44,074 bases of DNA, taken from Bigelowiella natans CCMP2755 (taxonomy: Eukaryota; Protista; Cercozoa). The stretch is taken from assembly GCA_000320545.1 (NCBI GenBank), contig ADNK01000946.1:1-44074 (forward strand). The letters are read 5' to 3'. Every line of letters begins with the position of its first letter. Position 1 is the stretch's first letter. The translations under genes and the position numbers were made by a program. Under the pieces are notes generated by a model. That model was given only the letters and a program-made list of their open reading frames with translations, was not told where the DNA came from and ran no database searches. Shown here piece after piece: positions 35,254-44,074 of the stretch.

Positions 35254-37253
35254 GAAAGTAACCATTACTATACTATTACAAATATATTACTATACTATTA
35301 CAAATATATACCCTAGAGCGTTGACAAAGAGTACCATGCCTGATGACAAACAGAGAAGGAAAAAAAAAAGGAAGAACAAGAAGAAGAAGAAGAAGAAAGG
35401 GGCGACACGAATTGATGGCAAAGGTAAGAGAAATACCCGTCATCTCACTAGACACGTTAGTGTGCGTGCGTGTGTAGGTGTGTAGGTGTCTGTCTGTGTG
35501 TGTGTGTTAAGTGTGGATGCTTCGTAATTATGATCTGATTATTATTTCCTGACCGCAGACAAACAGCCCTGCCACCTTCATCGGCATCTTCATGCTCCTC
35601 ACATCGTCGCAGACCATCTTCACATTCTAGTTGGATTTTAAAATATAAATAAACAATAAAATGGTTGATAATAATGGTTGATAATAATAGCAATAAACAA
35701 CGGTATGCGAAGGCAGCCCATCTCACGTCGAGAAAGACTTCTGGCTGATGACATTGATATTGGATGGTGCCGTACTATAATATTGTTATTTTTTGCTTTT
35801 TGAGCTGATAGTGGTTCAGAAAAAGCTGCGGTAGTAGCGGCACTAGTAGTGCTCATCTATATCATATCGGTTGGAAATGAAGAGAGTGGAAATCATTAGG
35901 CGCTAGAAAAGCGTATATCCATCAGCACCTCCCATCATAGTCGTCGTGGTTGTCATCATTATTCACCATAATTTTTTGAATTCTTCTTTCATTTTTCCTT
36001 CTCCTTTTCCTGCTCCTCCTCCCCCCCCCTCCGTTCGTTCTCTCCGCACTTCTTTTTCCTACCTTCTGGTCATGGCCGTAGTCTGCTGCGCCGTCATTAT
36101 TATCCCGCTGATGAGCCAGCAACTGTCGGCGTCGTTGCGAAGGCGGGGACGATATTGACGAAGAAGATGTTGCAGCAGAGATGCTATTATTATTATTATC
36201 GTTTTTCTTCCTCCTGGGAGGGGTTACTACCACTACTAAGGACGGTGACTTTCTCCGTTTGGAAGGAGATGAAGATCTACCCACAATTTTTTCACCGATG
36301 TTGGCGTTGTTGTTGTTTTTGTTAGTGCTGCTACTGTTATTATCGTTCAGGCCATTTCTGTGGGCATTTGCTTCAAGTCCAAACTGAGAGGAGGATGAGG
36401 ATGGTGATGGTGAGCCAGCAGAACCTCCATTAGCAGCAAAAACAGCAGCAGCAGCCGATACGTCGCCGTCGTCATTCTGAGGGATGATACGTTTCACCAT
36501 CAATCAATTCAAAGGATGATACAGGACAGGATGATGATGATGATGGTGTTATCATTATTACCAGATTCGCAACTTCAGACGATGCAGGGTGGTGATGTGG
36601 AAACGATGATGATGATGATGATAGTGATAATGACGATGAAGCTGCTGCAGGGCTACGAGGGCTAGAGATACACTGATGATAAGAAAGGAAGATCATTATG
36701 ATGATGTTGATGGCGAGGATGATGAGAATATGCAAAGACTGATAGAGAACAGTGCGAGAGGAGCTTGATGATTATAGTCGTGGTCGGTAGCATCATACAT
36801 GCTTGATAGATTTATTTCAACAACCTGAGGAAGTCCTTTCGTCTGTTCTTGTGTAAGGCCTGATAATAATACATTGTTGTTACGATTGCTCTTGTCAAAG
36901 AATAAGACAGGGGGGGGGGGGGGGGTAGGAGGAGGAAGCACATATTATCGATATCATATATTAATTATCACGATCTGCTACCACCTATTGAAACGAAGAA
37001 GAAAGAAATGAAACAAAAGAAGACGATAAGCCATCCAGGTCCAGTGAACGTGTCCAGCTTAGAACAGAGAAAGAGTTAGGAAAATCAGAACAACCCCACT
37101 ACTCTCAACCGACAAAAGCGACATGCAAAACTCAGTCGATTTTGTGCTTTTGGGATACTAGTGAAGCTACGAAGGATCATAAACTTAACTTCAAATCTAC
37201 TACTAAGAAATTAGCGGTTGGTGTTTCTGTTCTATTTGCTCATTCATTATCAC

Positions 37254-37286
<33 letters not shown>

Positions 37287-37537
37287 ATGCTATTATGCAA
37301 CACGCACTACCCTAAAGCTCATCCCAAGGAGATTCACTGGGCCGAAACTTTTGAAGAAGAAAATTCCCGCTAGAGCAGGTCCGAAAAGGAATCCGAGAAC
37401 CTGTCAAAAACAACAAAAACCAACAACCACCACCACCACCACAACAGCAGCAGTAGCAGCAATGGTAGCATCAGCAGGAGTACTAGCACCAATAGGTCAT
37501 AATATTCGAGGGGATATGGCACAAGCATCAGTAGCAT

Positions 37538-37582
<45 letters not shown>

Positions 37583-38568
37583 ATTCATATATTACCGTCG
37601 CAGTGGATACCCCTGCCTGAGCTATGGTTCTCTCCGTGTCTGTTGTGCACCGGACTACTATCGTTCGATGGCATGCCTCCTGAGATGGCCATGATGATAA
37701 AGAAGAAGAAGACAAGAAGATGGATGTAAGCAAAACGATGTTGTCCCCTCAGAGAGCTGCGGTCGTCATTCATCAGCACCTGTGATCCGGTATATAGCCC
37801 GATGAGAAGTCGCGCGATAAGAATCTCCACGCCGCTTCGAGCGGTTGCATAGAGAACCCCCCCCAAGATACCAATCAGGAGCGATGCATACAGGGCCTGA
37901 ATATTGAGTCATTGTTATCACCGCACTATAAAGATAGCTTGTGTTAATCACGGGAGATGATATACTGCGGCCGAAACGCAACAACATACGCATTCTCTCA
38001 TGGGTATACAACCAGAATGCCAAATGCCAGCACGACTTACATGTTCTGAGCGATAAATCGAGCAGAGATATCCCCATAACGGAGATGCAAGGAACTGCCC
38101 AACCTGTGGATAACAGACATATGCAGGTAAGGATGATGCAATTCCTTCAATTTTAGCCTGGAATATGTGTATTGTGTTCTTGCTTTTTCAGAATATGCCA
38201 CGGCTCCGCATTACCGAATATATTGCAACAGCGTAGGCCCACAATGGTAAGGCATTTAACCTGTTGAGGGAGAACATTCACTTAGAAGGCAATGGCATCA
38301 TGCTTATGGAAATGCTCGTGTTGTGGTGTTGCCTTCCTCAAGCCCCCCACCCCCCCTATTTAAGTATTTACGAATATTTTTTGCAGAATCAAAAGAGGAA
38401 CAACGGTAACACAGTGAAAACTATTGACGACGACGAAGATTTTTACTCTGCAAGGTAAGGCTCGATCGTAGGTAAGGCGCATGAGAATGACGAGCATGCA
38501 AGAAACACATTGAGATACACAAACGCTTGCCAATCCACCCCAAAGGCTCCCCCTTCAACCGAAGGCAT
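33113..38568 (-). CDS. MFS transporter, MFSD8/CLN7-like, multi-exon
   Basis: Spliced exons read MPSVEGG..VYLNVFLACSSFSCALPTIEPYL, AYAVAIYS|VGQFLASPLWG, ILIARLLIG, VLGFLFGPAL, TFTGPGW, AYETITTPLVKNDFGW, GLLQGML..CARII|GPV, and a last exon VLYEEW..KTPLL..RTG* (33113). Helix order matches MFSD8-type MFS proteins. Confidence 0.8.
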
Positions 38569-39289
38569 GTGTACGGCAAATCCTACTCAAATCAGTTGTT
38601 GCGATATATGGATTTGACTAGGGGGGGTTGTTTTGTGGGGTTGGGCAGAAGGAAGAGAAAGTACAGGAAGTAGGGGGCTGCTTTCTTGAGCGGGAACGGC
38701 AAGAAAAGTTCCATCGAAGGCGCAACTTGTCGAATCACCGTTGTTTTACATGCTGCGACAACACAAATGGAGAAAAAAACACGAGAAAACGAGAATTCTC
38801 TTCATTCTCTTCCATTCCCGGAGAAAAGTAACATCGGAAATGTGTGATTCTTTCACGAGATGAAGTCTCAGTGAGTCACCTTCATAATGTAAAACGAAGG
38901 CCATTTTCTTGCTGCGTTTGCAAGATTTCTCGGGATTTTGTTGTCGTCGTGTAAATTCCCAAACCCCTCCCTTGTGCCACGTGTCCTGCCGGCTCCTGGA
39001 ACATGGCATTCAGACTGTCTCTGACTATTTTAGGAAGTTTGTTGCTTAAAATGATGACTGAGTGCATTTGGGAGCTACGGAGGGCTCTCCTGGACAACAA
39101 TACTAAGGGCAGGCAGCTGGAATAAAGAACCCATTCAAATGACCCCCCAGCCAAGCCCTCTTAGTTCATTCAATGATCGGATTTGAACGAAGAGATCACC
39201 TAGAATTGAGCTCATAAGGCCACTGGATACTTTAGGCTTGCAGGCTTGCGGTTTTGGCGTGAGTCTCCGTCATAGCTGAGAACAGCATC

Positions 39290-40560
39290 ATGAGTGAAGA
39301 GCAACAAGGGGTGAACGTCCCTCTCCTCAGCCCACCCCCTGAGCAACAGAACCTGCTCTCGGCGCCACCATCAGATGATGCGAAGTATGGATCCTTTGAG
39401 ACAAACACTCCGAAAACCTCGCCATTGACTGGAATCAACATCGACCCCAACCACTTAAGGCTCTCTCAGTCAAACACCGACCTAGTGCTTCGCCCCATTG
39501 TCAAAAAGCCCACGTTGGAAAGGGTGTTCTCCAGGATAGAACCGGGAAGCTTGCGAGGCACCACTTTCACACTAACCTCTAGTGCGATTGGCGCCGGAAT
39601 GCTATCGTTGGGCCTTGTGATGAAAACAGTAGGACTTGGACTTGGCGTAGGCCTGACGATTGTAGGAGCTCTGCTAGCGTACGCCTCGCTAATAATGCTC
39701 TTGGACACTGCAGATACAATACTGCTGGCACGAGGAATGACTGGGGGGAGGCGGATATCTTACTCTGAAATCGTTGAACAAGTTCTTGGAGAAAGGTGGA
39801 GCATTGTGGTGGAAGCCGTCTTCTGCGTCTACTCTTTTGGTGTGATTGTCGGCTACTTTCTGGTTATCGGAACGTCAATAGACGACCTATTCGAGGCTGT
39901 CTTCAATATCCAAATATCTGATAATAGTCTTGCTATCTTGCTTGCCGCAACCCTAGCAACACCGCTCTGCATGAAGAGGGACATTTCGTCTCTTACGATG
40001 GCTAGCATGCTGCAAATCGCAACGATGGGTTATATCTCGTTGGTGGTAGCGTATCGAGGATGGAATGCAGGCAGCCTGAGCGACACTCCTTCGCTCATAA
40101 TTCGAACAGACAATGGGGGCTCTGGATTTTGCTCCTCCATAACAATTGTTTTCTTTGCGTACAACTGCCATACAAACATGTTCGCCGTGTACTCGTCAAT
40201 GAGATATCCTCTTCTGCGACGCATAAAGAAGGTAATCGTGCGATGTGATCATGCACATCACGCCCATGACACCATTCTATTATTTTGAGGCGATTTCGCA
40301 TTGAAATTCGCAACTTATCGGTACTTTCTGATATAGAGGCAACCACAATTTCTTCGTTTGTGGGGTGTGGTGAATACAACCATGAAACTTGTGGCATAAA
40401 CAAATGCAATGTAGTGCCGACTGTAGTAGTAACGAATGACATTACTACCTAGGCTGCTGGCCGATCGATTGGGATCCAATTTGCGCTTTATTCTCTTGTT
40501 GGTGGATTTGGATATATTCTCTTCAAAAATGAAACCTCAGGTGGGTGCGTGCGTGCGTGC

Positions 40561-40591
<31 letters not shown>

Positions 40592-41690
40592 CGCGCTTGT
40601 TTGTAAAGACAACAATGCTCATATATTACAACTGGAAAATATGATGATGAGGAGGAGGTGGTGGAGGAGGAGGAGAGGGGGAGGGCAGGGTAACGATGAA
40701 AAGTGGTGATATATAATTGGCTGATAAATGGTTCGGCATCCTTTGACACTACTCAGGAAATATTCTCGATAACTTCCCCGTCGATGACAAGCTTGCCTCT
40801 TTAGCTAAGGGAGGACTTGCAATAGCATTACTCATTGGCCTCCCCATAAATATGCATCCAACTCGAGCCAATCTTTTCTCCCTAGCTAGAAAATGGCGTG
40901 GTTGTGGTTGTGCATCCTGCGACTACTCAAATTGCCTTGGCGGTTGCAGTTGGCCTGGACTAGCAGAAGAAGGAAAAGAAGAAGTAGAAGAAGAAGAAGA
41001 AGAAGAAGAAGAAGAAGAAGAAGACAAAAAGAAAGAAGGCATAGAAAATCAAGCGCCGCAGAAAGAAGGCAAACAGGAGGTAATTTGTAAGGAAGTTAAT
41101 CAGTAATATGCAGACATCACCAGCAAGTAGTAGTAGTAGTTGTTGTTGTTGTGGTTGTTGTTGTTGTTGTTGTCGCCATCATCAAGAAGCATTTGTCCAT
41201 GCAAACACTAGAGCTCCATCCACCTACAAGCGGCGCTGTGACAATAACACGTTCAGTGGCAAGCCTTTCGTCATGTGTTGTTACCTGTCTTTCCCCTCCC
41301 ACACAGATTATGAATAATACCCCAAGGAGCGCTATTCCCGGTGTGAGATCCAAAGACGATGATACAATTGCAGCAGGACAACCCAGTCTGACCTCTCATA
41401 TCGCAGTTACTCTGCTGATTTTGGGTAGTGCTCTTTTCCTTGCTCTGAACGTTCCAGAAGTCTCCATTGTGTTTTCCTTTCTCGGGGCGACGGCGTGCAT
41501 TCTGACCTGCTATGTCTTTCCGATCGTAATGTACGTCAGCATTCTTGGCCACGTGCACAGGGATGCCTCTGTTTCTTTTAGACTAGCGATTAAAATAGGG
41601 TTATACACACTCCTGTGCGCTCTCTGCGTGATCGGGGTTGTGAGTATTTACGAGTTAGCTGGGAAAGTAGCAAAAAACCATTCCCAGTAA
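39290..41690 (+). CDS. Amino-acid transporter, SLC38/Aa_trans (AAAP) family; exons ~39290-40231, 40453-40520, 40757-41079, 41308-41690
   Basis: Motifs FTLTSSAIGAGMLSL, SYSEIVEQVLG, PLCMKRDISSL, FFAYNCHTN, GNILDNF, PINMHPTR and FSFLGATACILTCYVFP; introns phase-compatible. Confidence 0.9.
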
Positions 41691-42540
41691 TGATAATTTT
41701 TAATAATAACAACAAGCAACAACGAAGCAACATCAGCTATATACTATAGCGCTTGCTAGCTTGTGTGTAGTGTGTAGTATACGTGCAAGCACATACTTTA
41801 TGTACGTGTCACAATTCGCTGCCAGGCGGAATGTTCTGGCGTTGGACGCGCGCTTTAGTTTTATTGGACTATATGGTGGTAATGTATGGAGAAGAAAGCA
41901 CACGCTACGTGCTGTGTAATCATTAATAGCTACGTGTGATGTGATGTTCGTTTTCTATGCATTGTGAAAAGCAAACATATAGCATTGTATTATTTGTTCC
42001 AGATAGCTAGTTGGTGACGCAAGGTAGACGGGTGTGATTAATCAACTAAAATTTGTTTAATGTTCATACTTATGTAGGTGTGCAATGCAGCGCGGCCAGG
42101 TGTATGACGCACCGTGCGTCTAATAACGCAAATGTAAACATGCTACCATGATAGGAAAACATCTATAGAATGTACATTTAATACAGCACGCTGCAGCTGC
42201 TATATAGCTAGATAGACTGCTAGCATGTATAATGCCCTACATCTAGCTAGCTAGATGTGCACCCACTTCGATTCATGCGCATGTCTGACATTGCTCTAGC
42301 TAGCTAGCTAAATATATGGCTGCAATGCAATAAGGATAATTGTCCAAAAATAAAGCCGACTAGACTTGGAAAAGGCATCGCAGACTAGATTGTGGTGTTC
42401 CAATGTTGGGATGAGTATAAACTTTGGTTACTCTAGTACTTACTAACAACAAACTTTTGCAAAGCATTATAACGAAAAGCTAGGGCTAAGCAGAGCATGT
42501 GTGCAATGCACATGGCGCAGCAGAGACTACTAGCAGGTAG

Positions 42541-42872
42541 CTAGAGTGTGGAGCCATCAAACAAGAGCATGCATGGCATCATCGATTTCTCTCCCAGGCG
42601 GGGTGAAACACATATACATAACGCTTCATGCGCTCTGATGCTGCACGTGTTGTACAACCGGAACAGCATCAAATTATTTCTGGATCTCTTCTTCTTGGCG
42701 ACGGTCAAATCAAATAACTTGCCGCTCGTTTCGTAGTACCTTTGCGGTACACGCTGCTGTTGATCATTATCAAGTCTAGTACTCATCCTGCGTCTTATCC
42801 TTTTTCATTGCTCTCATGTACTTCGCAAAGAGCTTTCGGAGTCTTGCTGCCGGAGAGTATCGAGCCCTGCAA

Positions 42873-42905
<33 letters not shown>

Positions 42906-43900
42906 ACCGTTGTGAAGGGCTAACCATCATTACAACCGTCATGATCTTGCTGTAACACTACTCTGTCTACACTTACCGAGAAGTAGAAGTGGCCTCTTCT
43001 TGTTGATCATCGATTAGAGGGTTCATGGGAGCTGCTGCTGCTCCTGCATCGATTGCGGCGTTTTCAAACCCCTTGGCGACATCCTTCACACTGGAGAAAA
43101 GGAAAAGGAAACGAAAATAATAAGAGGGAGGACTGGTAGCGGCGGTCAAAGCACTTGGTTGTTATGATTAAAACGAGAATGGGAACGAGAGACGTCAAAG
43201 CATTGATGAACTTGGCATTATTTATTCATGCCAAAAGCTCATAACTAAACACAAACTAGTGCCACTGTTACTACTACTACTACTACTTCTACTACTACTA
43301 CTTCCTACTACGGCATCGTACTGTTTTTTGTCTGCATCAGCGACAACTGGATTGCTGACAGTGCGCGTCCTCCCCTCACGTGTCCTGCGATAAGAAAATT
43401 GAACTTAGGTGCGAGAAGAAGAAGAAGAAGAAGAAGAGAAGAAAGAGAAGCTGCTGCTGCTGCTGCTGCTGGTGGTGGTGGTGGTAAGCACTCCTTAATG
43501 CTTTCGTCGCTGAGACAGGTATATATTACTTAAAGCGTATTCATCAAATGCCTATTCAATCTTGCAGCATGCAGCAGCAGGAGGAGTAGATTCACCATCA
43601 GCACCATCATCCATCAACAACACAACTCAATGATTACTTACTCGACGTGCGTAAGATGTGTGCGGTAAAAGTGGATCTCATCAAACTCATTGCCTGTCCA
43701 CGGAAACTCCCTGGAGGCAAAGCAAACACGACGTGATCAGAATCTCAAGGAGGCAATAATAACGATTGCATGAAGGCAGCTTGGTCATCATCTTCATCAT
43801 CATCTTCTTCTATTTCTTGAATGAATCACATACGCTTTGCGATCTAGTGTGGCCTCTTCTTTCTTAAATTCCTCCTTCAGCTCAGCCATTACTTGCCCGA
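42541..43900 (-). CDS. 3' part of a spliced gene of unknown function extending beyond the window
   Basis: Phase-compatible exons TREGRTRTVSNPVVADADKKH|VKDVAKGFENAAID...TSR|ARYSPAARLRKLFAKYMRAMKKDKTQDE|YYETSGKLFD...; further candidate exons near 43640-43715 and 43830-43900. Some junctions unresolved. Confidence 0.5.
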
Positions 43901-43909
43901 CTGATAGTA

Positions 43910-44074
43910 ATGATGATGATGACGAAGAAGAAGAAGAAGAAGAGAAGAAGAAGAAGAAGAGTAGAGAGAGAGTAGAGTAGTAGTAGAGAGAGTAGTAGAG
44001 TAGTAGTAGTAGAGTAGTAGTAGTAGTAGTAGTAGTAACGTAAAGTTAAAGTTAAAGTTAAAGTAAAAGTAAAA
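43910..44074. repeat. Compound (GAT)/(GAA)/(GTA)n and GTTAAA simple-repeat tract (probably intronic)
   Basis: Directly visible. Other trinucleotide tracts at 33447-33488 (CTA), 35217-35251, 37254-37286 and 42873-42905 (CAT), 40985-41023 (GAA, coding poly-E). Confidence 0.9.

Noticed and set aside
44036-44074. Telomere-like GTTAAA repeats at window end
   Set aside because: Only about three imperfect copies within a compound simple repeat, apparently inside an intron of the last gene.

Overview
Intron-rich eukaryotic (protist-like, microsatellite-rich) nuclear DNA. Most short ORFs in the track are exon fragments or artefacts. Manual splice-phase tracing gives: (1) the 3' end of an unknown + strand gene (stop 626-628); (2) one giant + strand gene of about 60 exons, traceable in frame from 2202 (5' end uncertain, perhaps 943) to 25588, about 4,600 aa. 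It has tandem ricin-B/QxW beta-trefoil repeats, a TPR-like helical segment, a Cys/His zinc-finger-like motif, LEA/coiled-coil-like helices and a C-terminal multi-pass membrane domain resembling the PHTF/7TMIC (insect Gr/Or-related channel) fold; (3) a Dispatched/Patched-family sterol-sensing RND gene (- strand) with uniformly short introns; (4) an MFSD8/CLN7-like MFS transporter (- strand) head-to-head with (5) an SLC38/Aa_trans amino-acid transporter (+ strand); (6) the 3' part of an unknown - strand gene. Two non-genic tracts flanking the Dispatched-like gene are almost devoid of TpA except inside CTAG (one run of about 810 bp has none). This suggests a localised, context-dependent mutagenesis acting on repeat/TE relics. 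All family assignments are by-eye motif recognition, not database searches.
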